The notes: generated by a model from the sequence alone, not told the origin. Shown: positions 17,722-25,564, counted from the stretch's first letter. The stretch: 28,266 nt of DNA from Candidatus Magasanikiibacteriota bacterium (GCA_043800545.1 JAZDMW010000005.1:1-28266), one strand, 5' to 3'. A program made the numbers and translations.

Positions 17722-18168
17722 TTATTTGCTCTTTGTTTTTTTCTTTATAATTTCAACACTAATCTTTTTTGCATTGCTTGGAGCAGATTTTGGACAAGTA
17801 ACTTTGAGAATACCATCCTCAAAACTTGCCTTAATCTGATCATCCTTTACAGGAGCAGGAAGTGCGATTTGGCGGAAGAATGATCCTCCACGAACTTCTT
17901 TTCTGTAATAATTTTTCTCGTCTACTTCATGTTCAGTCGTACTCTTTCCTTGAATGGTGAGTACTCCTTTCTCCAAACTGACTTCAACGTCTTCAGGTTT
18001 TACACCTGCGAGTGGTGTTTCTACCACTACATTATTCTTTTCTTCATAAATATCTACAGCAGGTACAAAACCTTTCATACCAGTAGGATGAGTAGATGGA
18101 AGAGTGTTCATCATTTCTTCCATCTCACGAAATGGATCCCAACTTGGATTCCAACGTATGAGTGACAT
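17722..18168 (-). CDS. Small heat-shock protein, Hsp20/alpha-crystallin family
   Basis: WNPSWDPFREME, PAVDIYE, FFRQIALP...ASFEDGILKVT. Confidence 0.93.
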   Translation of the reverse strand: MSLIRWNPSWDPFREMEEMMNTLPSTHPTGMKGFVPAVDIYEEKNNVVVETPLAGVKPEDVEVSLEKGVLTIQGKSTTEHEVDEKNYYRKEVRGGSFFRQIALPAPVKDDQIKASFEDGILKVTCPKSAPSNAKKISVEIIKKKTKSK

Positions 18169-18176
18169 AAATATTA

Positions 18177-18214
18177 CCTCCTTTCAGCAAACTACTGACA
18201 AGCATTTGCTGAAA
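18177..18214 (-). promoter_or_regulatory. Hairpin abutting the strong SD of hsp20
   Basis: TTTCAGCAAA-TGCT-TGTC-AGTA-G-TTTGCTGAAA-GGAGG, 8 nt before ATG. Confidence 0.5.
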
Positions 18215-18238
18215 ATGATTAAATATATGAATATGAAA

Positions 18239-18781
18239 TTAATTTTCTTTGTTTCCTTCCTTTTTACAAACCACAACTCTTGCAGCACGAAGTACTCTGT
18301 CTCCTGCCATATATCCTCCACCAACTTCACGGATAATCTGTCCTTCTTCATGGCCCTCTGAATCTTCTTCACTGACCGCATCGTGGAGACTTGGATCAAA
18401 CATTTTTCCTTCTGTTACCATTTGCTGTACACCATGACTTTCCAAAATATCTCCATACTGCTTCATAATATACTCTATTCCCTTTTTCCAATTCTGCCAT
18501 GCACTACTTTCTTCTCCTACGTCATGACGAAATGCAATACGGAAATTTTCATAGACTGGTAAAAACTCTTCCAAAATCTGTATTTCACTCATCTTTGCCC
18601 ATTCCGATCGCTGTGCACTGACTTCTTTTTGTAAATTTTGGTAATCTGCCTGTGCACGGAGCCATTTTGTTTTATACTCCTCACACTGTCCAGCGAAATC
18701 TCCAAGAGTACTTTCCGGAGCATCCTGTACTTCTGATCCTTTTGGATTTTCCTCCTGTTCTTTTTTCTTTTTATCTTTCAT
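18239..18781 (-). CDS. grpE: Nucleotide exchange factor GrpE
   Basis: KWLRAQADYQN, FDPSLHDAV, GYMAGDRVLRAARVVV; within the dnaK operon. Confidence 0.95.
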   Translation of the reverse strand: MKDKKKKEQEENPKGSEVQDAPESTLGDFAGQCEEYKTKWLRAQADYQNLQKEVSAQRSEWAKMSEIQILEEFLPVYENFRIAFRHDVGEESSAWQNWKKGIEYIMKQYGDILESHGVQQMVTEGKMFDPSLHDAVSEEDSEGHEEGQIIREVGGGYMAGDRVLRAARVVVCKKEGNKEN

Positions 18782-18786
18782 AAATA

Positions 18787-19467
18787 TTATTCTAAATATT
18801 TTTTCACAGCCTCAAGTATGGCTTTATTTTTGTTATAATTCATACGCATTGGACCAATGAGCATGAGTATTCCATCATTCGCAATTGGACATACCAATGT
18901 TGTGCAAATAGAGCTCAACGGATTCTCACTTCCTATCAGAATACTCTTTTCCTCTGCAAGTTCATACATTTCTTCAAGACAATCTTCACAACCATCAAAA
19001 AGTGCTGAGACAGAAAGTGTGTTCTGGTATTCTTTAAATTCTGGTTGAGCAAGGAGATTGGTAATACCGGTATAATACAGAGAATTCTTTTCTTGAACCA
19101 TAATAACCGCCAAATGTGTCGCCTCTGCAAGAAACTTCGCAAACAATTTCTTTTTTTGTTTTTCATCCACTTCTGCATGGGCAAGAATCTCTAATTCTTC
19201 TACTACCTGTTTCTCTACTGGTTCATCCTGGATAAATTCTTCTCTGTACAAGATATATCCCTTTTCTGTTGGGATTCTCCCAGCTGAAGTATGAGGATGG
19301 GTAAGATATGCTAACTCCTCAAGCACACGAAGTTCATTCCGAACCGTTGCTCCAGAAATACCAAGATTACTCTTTTCTACGAGCATTACGGATCCCACAG
19401 GTTCAGCAGTATGAATATACTGATCCATGACCAAACCGAGGAGTTGTTTTTGTCTTTCTGTAAGCAT
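18787..19467 (-). CDS. hrcA: Heat-inducible transcription repressor HrcA (short form)
   Basis: MLTERQKQLL, EPVGS, SGATVRNE, HTSAGRIPTEKGY, IGPMRMNY; alternative start at 19479. Confidence 0.93.
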   Translation of the reverse strand: MLTERQKQLLGLVMDQYIHTAEPVGSVMLVEKSNLGISGATVRNELRVLEELAYLTHPHTSAGRIPTEKGYILYREEFIQDEPVEKQVVEELEILAHAEVDEKQKKKLFAKFLAEATHLAVIMVQEKNSLYYTGITNLLAQPEFKEYQNTLSVSALFDGCEDCLEEMYELAEEKSILIGSENPLSSICTTLVCPIANDGILMLIGPMRMNYNKNKAILEAVKKYLE

Positions 19468-19498
19468 ATTATCACTCATAGTCTACGAGTGATAATAT
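19466..19498. promoter_or_regulatory. Variant CIRCE operator
   Basis: TTATCACTC-N9-GAGTGATAA (19469-19495) within a perfect 12-bp inverted repeat; overlaps the hrcA -10 and start codons. Confidence 0.85.
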
Positions 19499-19522
19499 AC
19501 CATGTACACTCAAAATCGTCAA
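19494..19522 (-). promoter_or_regulatory. hrcA operon promoter
   Basis: TTGACG (19522-19517) - 17 nt - TATATT (19499-19494). Confidence 0.75.
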
Positions 19523-19540
19523 ATAGTGAGTTATCCACAA

Positions 19541-19568
19541 CAAAAATCTCGGTAAATGAACCGAGATT
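19541..19568 (-). terminator. Terminator of the cupin gene
   Basis: AATCTCGGT-TCATTT-ACCGAGATT-TTTG. Confidence 0.6.
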
Positions 19569-19595
19569 GAGGACTTTTAAAAAATGTACAATAAC

Positions 19596-19940
19596 TTAAA
19601 CATCTATAATCCTATGTTGTTCAGGTGTCCATTTTGGGGCATTAAACAATACCAATGAGAGTTTATTCCCTTCTACCCAGTAAACTTCACCTTTCTCAAA
19701 AAAATAGATATCACCTTCGTGAATTTCAAAATCACCCTTTTCTGAGTGAACAATGCCAGATCCAGACATAACAAAATAAATTTCCTCACACTCCAAATTT
19801 ACTACTCTTTTTTGTTCAGGATAACGACCGTCAATGAGAGCCGTAGCACAACTCAAATCTTTGCTTGGGACATCATACTCAAAAACCACACAATCTTGTG
19901 AATTCTGAAATTCTTTTGCTTCTGACTTTTTAATTAGCAT
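19596..19940 (-). CDS. Cupin-domain protein (114 aa)
   Basis: EEIYFVMSGSG...FEIHEGDIYFFEKGE cupin motifs. Confidence 0.8.
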   Translation of the reverse strand: MLIKKSEAKEFQNSQDCVVFEYDVPSKDLSCATALIDGRYPEQKRVVNLECEEIYFVMSGSGIVHSEKGDFEIHEGDIYFFEKGEVYWVEGNKLSLVLFNAPKWTPEQHRIIDV

Positions 19941-20029
19941 AATAGTAAAGTATTATATCTAGTTCTTCTAATGACAAATTCTTTATTATTTTATATTAAT
20001 TTAGAAATTTTTACAAAATTTGCTCCCTC

Positions 20030-20058
20030 TTGACAAAATCACCTTTTTATACTATAAT
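20030..20058 (+). promoter_or_regulatory. Perfect-consensus sigma70 promoter
   Basis: TTGACA - 17 nt - TATAAT. Confidence 0.8.
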
Positions 20059-20127
20059 TGTCTGTTCATAATTTTTATGTTCCCCTTGTCGCGAGGGTTT
20101 CGCGATGCCGTTCATTTGGAGGGAATC

Positions 20128-20475
20128 ATGGCTCACATGACCGGAGGCCTCGATACCGCGACACTGCCGGGATCTTGCCGTGAAGTGCCGACCGGACAGA
20201 CCTGCGACAATTGCAAGGAACCCGCCACCATCCGCCTCCAGGGCGAGACCGACTCGTTTGGTGCGGAGTGGGCGGACCTGTGCGACAAGTGTCACAAACT
20301 GGAGCTCGAGCGACTCCGCAAAAACCGCGCTGGTCACTGCGACTGGTGCACGCAACATACCGAGAAGCTCTTCTGGGTGAGGGAAGGGCTACATGGCCCC
20401 ACCTCCCGTGTCTGCATGAGTTGCTGCGAGAAACAAGAGCAAGCGCTCATGGCGAAAATGCCACGGGAATGGTGA
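20128..20475 (+). CDS. Cys-rich hypothetical protein, four CxxC pairs (115 aa), GC-rich
   Basis: SD GGAGG before ATG at 20128; CDNC, CDKC, CDWC and CMSC around a QGETDSFG motif; sampled line 20161-20220 is 35/60 GC. Confidence 0.8.
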   Translation: MAHMTGGLDTATLPGSCREVPTGQTCDNCKEPATIRLQGETDSFGAEWADLCDKCHKLELERLRKNRAGHCDWCTQHTEKLFWVREGLHGPTSRVCMSCCEKQEQALMAKMPREW

Positions 20476-20494
20476 CCCCCTCTCACCCGCCCAC

Positions 20495-20541
20495 GCCCTG
20501 TGTTAAGATATCCTTCGGGATTGACCGACACGGGGCTTTTT
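20495..20541 (+). terminator. Intrinsic terminator with UUCG-capped inner stem
   Basis: GCCCTGTGTT...ATCC-TTCG-GGAT...GACACGGGGC-TTTTT. Confidence 0.7.
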
Positions 20542-20634
20542 CATTATAAATTAGATACAATTTCGTCTGAATACTCATTTGGTAGAGTATATATACAAAA
20601 AAGAAAGCCTCTTGGCTCTCTTTTGTATTTCTCT

Positions 20635-21228
20635 TTATTCTTCAGCTGTATTCTTGTATTCCTTTACATTTGCTATTTCACTCAGAAGCACATTTTCTAC
20701 AAAGATTCCTCTTGCATAGAATATTCTTTCCAATTCATTTTTTAACTGCATTTCAACTTCATCCCGTTTTGCACCCATAATAGCATCCTGTCCAAATCGA
20801 CTAGCAACCATACGGATACGACTGCGAACCGTTGGACGAATAATTTTTGCAACGAAATCTTCACCAATTGTCTGCCAGATTCCAGGAATTTGTTGGATAT
20901 CCAAACGGAGCAAAATGGTTCCTTCTACACCAATACGCTTTCCATCCTCAGTAACCGCAGCGATTGGAATATCTCCGAGACTATTCTCATTATGTGGGTT
21001 AAATTCCCGACTAATACTATATTCGAGAGTTTGTGTATTGAATAATTTCGCCTTTTGCCAAAAAGGAATCTTAAAATGTAATCCTGGCTTGAGCACTTTT
21101 TTGAGGACCCCTTTTCCTAAATCATAAACACAAGCAACATATCCTGGAGGGACTTGTATGAAAACACCTTTCAGTACGTCCTCCATTACAAACGAATACA
21201 TGAGTTTATCGAGTGATTCTCCTGACAT
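20635..21228 (-). CDS. SPFH/band 7 (prohibitin-like) domain protein
   Basis: VPPGYVACV...PGLHFKIPFWQ, IIRPTVRSRIR, KRDEVE, GIFVENVLLSEI. Confidence 0.85.
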   Translation of the reverse strand: MSGESLDKLMYSFVMEDVLKGVFIQVPPGYVACVYDLGKGVLKKVLKPGLHFKIPFWQKAKLFNTQTLEYSISREFNPHNENSLGDIPIAAVTEDGKRIGVEGTILLRLDIQQIPGIWQTIGEDFVAKIIRPTVRSRIRMVASRFGQDAIMGAKRDEVEMQLKNELERIFYARGIFVENVLLSEIANVKEYKNTAEE

Positions 21229-21260
21229 ACAAATTGATTATTGATAGTATATTAAATAAT

Positions 21261-21968
21261 TTATTTTTTAATTTCAACTGTTTTTTTCACAAAAGGTCGT
21301 AAGACAAGACTTACAATATATGTAAAAAACATTGAAACAATAAAGAAAAGAGATTTTACCATAGGAAGCATCCAGAGCAAGAAAAATACAAACAAAGGAA
21401 ATATGATAAAAAACATTAAATCTCTTTTTTGTAAACCACCAGCACGTTTCCTATATTCAGAAAAAATTTCAATAGCAAGGAGAGCTGCTACCATTCCAGG
21501 CCAAAGATACGTATGAGATAATCCTAATTCAAAACCAAAAAAAGTGGTATTCAATACTCCTGGATAATCTACTGAAGTATAGAGACTATCAAGAAGATTC
21601 CTTCCAAATAATCCACTCTTAAATACTTCATAGAGCAAAATAACGAAAAGTGCTTGGAAGCCAATACTGAATACTTTTGACCAAGGACTTACTTTTTTCA
21701 ATTTCAATACCTTACGAATTTCCTGTTTTTTCATCACCTGATCACTGTGGTACTCTTCTTCTAACTTCTTTACCTCATCATACAGAGCCTGGTTTTTAAT
21801 CTTGTTTTTCTCTGTAATGACCGTAAATGGCAAAAGAGCAAAACGCAAAAGAATTGTCACATAGACAACAGCCCAACCAAAATTTTGGTCAGTCCAATTA
21901 TTATATACCCAAATAAGGAGGTTAAAGAGTGGTCTATAGAAAAGCTCGTGCCAAATATCAAATATCAT
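21261..21968 (-). CDS. yidC: YidC/Oxa1-family membrane insertase, minimal form
   Basis: LFYRPLFNLL, NFGWAVVYVTILLRFALLP (conserved Arg), coiled-coil hairpin, further TM helices; no periplasmic domain. Confidence 0.75.
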   Translation of the reverse strand: MIFDIWHELFYRPLFNLLIWVYNNWTDQNFGWAVVYVTILLRFALLPFTVITEKNKIKNQALYDEVKKLEEEYHSDQVMKKQEIRKVLKLKKVSPWSKVFSIGFQALFVILLYEVFKSGLFGRNLLDSLYTSVDYPGVLNTTFFGFELGLSHTYLWPGMVAALLAIEIFSEYRKRAGGLQKRDLMFFIIFPLFVFFLLWMLPMVKSLFFIVSMFFTYIVSLVLRPFVKKTVEIKK

Positions 21969-21977
21969 AGTAATTAC

Positions 21978-22006
21978 AGTATAGCAAAAGAAACGAAAAA
22001 AATCAA
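21978..22006 (-). promoter_or_regulatory. Promoter of the yidC-like gene (near-leaderless mRNA)
   Basis: TTGATT - 17 nt - TATACT, only 9 nt before ATG. Confidence 0.6.
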
Positions 22007-22026
22007 TATATCAACAAGGACAACTC

Positions 22027-22055
22027 TTTACAAATATCTAAAATTAGGGTAATAT
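22027..22055 (+). promoter_or_regulatory. Promoter of the tRNA-like RNA
   Basis: TTTACA (22027-22032) - 17 nt - TAATAT (22050-22055). Confidence 0.55.
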
Positions 22056-22071
22056 CTGATTACTCCACCAC

Positions 22072-22175
22072 GCAGAGGTAACCAAGTGGCAAGGTACAGA
22101 ATCACCTTCTGGTAAGAAAAAGCGCTAGGATGTCCTGGTTAATTTTCTTCAGGGGTTCGAACCCCCTCCTCTGCA
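22072..22175 (+). ncRNA. tRNA-like RNA with non-canonical anticodon loop and long variable arm
   Basis: Acceptor GCAGAGG/CCTCTGC+A; D arm ACC-AAGTGGCAA-GGT; CAGAA-TCACC-TTCTG; 39-nt variable region; T arm AGGGG-TTCGAAC-CCCCT. Confidence 0.75.
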
Positions 22176-22180
22176 TCTCT

Positions 22181-22246
22181 AACCCCCGGCTGGCGCCACA
22201 CTCCCCCCTACACGAACCCGTTGCGCCAGCTGGGGGTTTTTCTTTT
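22181..22246 (+). terminator. 16-bp hairpin with 26-nt loop and U-tract
   Basis: AACCCCCGGCTGGCGC (22181-22196) / GCGCCAGCTGGGGGTT (22223-22238), then TTTCTTTT. Confidence 0.7.
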
Positions 22247-22259
22247 AAAAAAAGAAGGA

Positions 22260-23705
22260 TTATTTTCCTTCTTTTTCCCAAGACTGTATATCTTGTAAAT
22301 AATTTTCTTTAATTTTCTCAAAATACTCAAGTGAGGCTTCATATTCATTTGGAATTTCACCATCGAGAATTGCTCGTTCAATTTCCTCTTTTATCTTTCC
22401 AACTGTAGGACCTGGCTTCAAATGACAAAGCTTCATAATTTCCTCTCCTCGCAATGGTGACTGGAATGCACGAAGTTGATCCTTTTCTAACACTTCTTCA
22501 ATACGTTTTTCAAGATAATCATAATTCTTCATGCGCTTCTCTCGTTTTTTCTGGTTTCCTGTTGTTACATCCGCACGACAGAGTAATAATAATTCTGGCA
22601 AATTTTCTTGTAAATTCACAATAAGCCGACGAACCGCGCTATCTGTCACTCCCTTATCCATAAGAGCAATTGGTTGCAAATGCCAACGAACCAGTTCAGC
22701 GACATAATGAATATCTTGTTTTTTCATGCGAAGTCTTTTTCCAATTTCCCAAACCATTTTTTTTCCGAGATGTTCATGCATATCAAAAGTCCAACCACGA
22801 CTCTTACTAAATTTTTTTGTCTCTGGTTTCGCAATATCATGCATAAGTCCAGCAAAACGAAGCAATATATTGTCTGAACTCTCCGCGATATTATCCACCA
22901 CAGCAAGCGTGTGAGAAAAATTATCCTTATGAGTATACCCTGCAACTTCCTCCACACCAGCCAAAGCAGATACTTCTGGAAGAATTTCATCAAGAATTCC
23001 TGTCTGATACAAAATAACAAGACCAACAGAAGGTTTTTTTGTACTGAGAAGTTTCATCAATTCTTCTTGTATACGTTCTTGTGACACAATACGAATACGT
23101 TCTTTATTCCGGACAATTGCCTCAAGAGTCTCTTTTTCGAGAGAAAACTGTAATTGCGCAGAAAATCGTGCTGCACGAAGCATGCGAAGAGGATCTTCGG
23201 AAAAAGTAATATCTGGATCAAGAGGAGTACGAAGAATTCTTTCTTTCAAATCTTTCTTTCCATCAAAATTATCTATAATTTTTTTTGCAATTCCAAAACG
23301 ACCAACTTTTTGTGCCATGGCATTTACAGTAAAATCTCTTCTTTGTAAATCCTCAAGAAGAGTGGTAGATTCTACTACTGGCTTCCGCGATTCTCTATCA
23401 TATTTTTCACGACGAGCTCCAGCAAATTCTACTTCAAGAAGAATTCTATTATTGTCTTCCCTATCTACAAACACATAACGAGCGGTATCAAAATCTGGGA
23501 ATTCAATCAATGATCCTTCATTTTTTAATTCTTCATCCAAGGCACGTGCAAATTCAAGACCACTTCCAAGCACCACAAAATCAATATCTTTTTTATACTC
23601 TTTTTTCAAAAGTGAATCACGAACAAAACCACCAACAACATACACATCCATGTGAGTGCTTTTGGATACCTTATAAATTTTTTGTAATAACTTTTTTAAT
23701 GTCAT
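22260..23705 (-). CDS. cca: CCA tRNA nucleotidyltransferase with HD domain
   Basis: VGGFVRD...DIDF, DLQRRDFTVNA, FSEDPLRMLRAARF, HDIAKP. CCA-adding versus poly(A) activity not proven from sequence alone. Confidence 0.9.
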   Translation of the reverse strand: MTLKKLLQKIYKVSKSTHMDVYVVGGFVRDSLLKKEYKKDIDFVVLGSGLEFARALDEELKNEGSLIEFPDFDTARYVFVDREDNNRILLEVEFAGARREKYDRESRKPVVESTTLLEDLQRRDFTVNAMAQKVGRFGIAKKIIDNFDGKKDLKERILRTPLDPDITFSEDPLRMLRAARFSAQLQFSLEKETLEAIVRNKERIRIVSQERIQEELMKLLSTKKPSVGLVILYQTGILDEILPEVSALAGVEEVAGYTHKDNFSHTLAVVDNIAESSDNILLRFAGLMHDIAKPETKKFSKSRGWTFDMHEHLGKKMVWEIGKRLRMKKQDIHYVAELVRWHLQPIALMDKGVTDSAVRRLIVNLQENLPELLLLCRADVTTGNQKKREKRMKNYDYLEKRIEEVLEKDQLRAFQSPLRGEEIMKLCHLKPGPTVGKIKEEIERAILDGEIPNEYEASLEYFEKIKENYLQDIQSWEKEGK

Positions 23706-23724
23706 AAAGACAATAATTTTCTTC

Positions 23725-24711
23725 TTAAAGATTTTTCAAATATTCTTTTACTTCTTCTTCGGGATTGGCTCCGTCAAGAATACGTTTTACCAATTCAGCA
23801 AGAGGTAATTCTATTTTGAATTTTTTTCCAAGTGCAAGAAGAACTTCATCAGCCTCAATTCCCTCTACCGTTTGCTGTACCGTATTGAGTGCTTCTTCTT
23901 TTGTCATTCCTTTTCCAAGGCACTCTCCAAATCTCCTATTTCTGCTATCTGGAGAAAGTGCGGTTCCAACCAAATCCCCGAGTCCAGAAAGACAATAACA
24001 TGTTTCTCTCTTTCCTCCCATAGCACACCCAATAGCAACCATTTCATCAAGGGCTTTTGAGATAAGTGAGGATTTTAAATTCAAATCATATCCTAGACCA
24101 TCACAAATTCCAAGTAAAATAGCATATACATTTTTGAAAGATCCCCCTAACTCTACTCCTACCATATCATCGGTTGGAACTAATTTCAAATAATCATTTT
24201 CAAAAACAGCACGCACTTCATTCATAGATGTTTCTTCTCCAGAAATATCCATCGTTGTAAATTCTCCCTCTGCTAATTGTTTTGCAATCGCAGGTCCAGA
24301 AATAGAAACAACAGGAAATTTATTTTCTGTTACCCGTTTTAACACATCAGGGATAATTTCCAATGTTTCTTTATTGAGTCCCTTCGACATATCCACCAAA
24401 ATGGCATCTTTTTGCAGAAACGCTTTTGCTTCTTCTACTACCTTTTGTACATTAGAACTTGGAACAATAAAAAATACAATATCTGCATGTTCCAAGGCTT
24501 TTTCCATATCTAACATTGGAAAAACAGAATCTCCTAACAGCACACCTGGTAAATATTTTGTATTCTCACGAGTCTCCAAAATTTGTTCAATTGGTGTAGG
24601 ATCCCCATTCCAATTCCACAAATGCACAACATTCCCATTTTCTGAAAGAACTTTCGTAATAGCCGTCCCCATATTTCCAGCTCCCAGTACTGCAATATTT
24701 TTTTTCTCCAT
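23725..24711 (-). CDS. gpsA: NAD(P)H-dependent glycerol-3-phosphate dehydrogenase
   Basis: GAGNMGTA, NTKYLPG, SKG, SGPAIA, GGSFKNVYAI, GLGDL, SRNRRFG, TVEG. Confidence 0.93.
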   Translation of the reverse strand: MEKKNIAVLGAGNMGTAITKVLSENGNVVHLWNWNGDPTPIEQILETRENTKYLPGVLLGDSVFPMLDMEKALEHADIVFFIVPSSNVQKVVEEAKAFLQKDAILVDMSKGLNKETLEIIPDVLKRVTENKFPVVSISGPAIAKQLAEGEFTTMDISGEETSMNEVRAVFENDYLKLVPTDDMVGVELGGSFKNVYAILLGICDGLGYDLNLKSSLISKALDEMVAIGCAMGGKRETCYCLSGLGDLVGTALSPDSRNRRFGECLGKGMTKEEALNTVQQTVEGIEADEVLLALGKKFKIELPLAELVKRILDGANPEEEVKEYLKNL

Positions 24712-24739
24712 ACAATATATTTAATAACAAAACAGATTT

Positions 24740-25564
24740 TTAAAGGAATAAAAGAATAAGCACTCCCAAAATAATTCTATACCACACAAAGAGTGAATAT
24801 CCATATTTTTCTATAATCCTCATCAAAAATGCAACCGCCAAATATCCAGAAAATACAGCAGAGAAAAACCCAATAGTCATAACAGAAATTTCTGACGACG
24901 TAATCCCAACGTCAAGAACATCTTTGAGAGTAGTCATGCCTGCAATAAAGATAATCGGGATACTCATGAGAAAAGAAAATTCTGCAGCAGCTTTCTTCGT
25001 CAAACCAGAAAAAAGTCCAGTCGTCATTGTAATACCAGAACGTGACGTTCCTGGCATTAACGCAATAGCTTGAGCAAAAGAAATGGCCAATACATTTGTA
25101 AATCGCAATGAATCTACTGTTTTCTTATTTTGTTTTTTCTTTCCATACCAATCTGCTATTCCAAGCACAATACCCCAAAAAACAAGTCCGAGAGCAACAA
25201 AACTCGAATCACGGAAATTTGTTTCAACATAATCATTAAACAAGAACCCAACAATGCCAGCAGGGATTATAGATAATCCAACAAACCAAGCAAGACGAAA
25301 ATTGAGAGGATCAGAAATAACCCATTTTTTTTCTTTTCCACTATATTTTGGAAAAACATTTTTCAAAAGTAAAAAAATTCTTTTCCTGAAATACCACACC
25401 ACAGCAAAGAGAGTTCCTAAGTGTACCATGACATCAAAAGCCATTCCTTGGTCAGACCAACCAAGAATTTTGGGAACAAAAATAAGATGACCTGATGATG
25501 AAATAGGCAAAAATTCTGTAATTCCTTGGATTATCCCAAGAACAAAAGCTTGAACAAATTGCAT
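24740..25564 (-). CDS. uppP: Undecaprenyl-diphosphate phosphatase (BacA)
   Basis: QGITEFLPISSSGHL, HLGT, QAIALMPGTSRSGIT, AEFSFLMSIP. Confidence 0.97.
   Translation of the reverse strand: MQFVQAFVLGIIQGITEFLPISSSGHLIFVPKILGWSDQGMAFDVMVHLGTLFAVVWYFRKRIFLLLKNVFPKYSGKEKKWVISDPLNFRLAWFVGLSIIPAGIVGFLFNDYVETNFRDSSFVALGLVFWGIVLGIADWYGKKKQNKKTVDSLRFTNVLAISFAQAIALMPGTSRSGITMTTGLFSGLTKKAAAEFSFLMSIPIIFIAGMTTLKDVLDVGITSSEISVMTIGFFSAVFSGYLAVAFLMRIIEKYGYSLFVWYRIILGVLILLFL

Noticed and set aside
18184-18399. 71-aa ORF overlapping the grpE 3' end
   Set aside because: Alternative frame of grpE running into the hsp20 leader; no independent support.
19531-19539. Perfect DnaA box TTATCCACA near the hrcA -35
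   Set aside because: Single copy; another occurs inside the NUDIX CDS at 26983-26991, so chance is plausible and there is no oriC-like cluster.
20020-20127. Longer 151-aa start for the Cys-rich protein
   Set aside because: The extension runs through the promoter; the SD supports ATG at 20128.
22063-22070. CTCCACCA resembling a tmRNA/tRNA-Ala 3' end (permuted tmRNA idea)
   Set aside because: No T arm precedes it, and the downstream acceptor stem lacks G3-U70.
22072-22175. tRNA-Sec assignment from TCA in the loop
   Set aside because: The 7/5 acceptor/T structure, 3-bp D stem and A73 do not fit bacterial selC (8/5, 6-bp D stem, G73), and TCA is not centred in a 7-nt loop.
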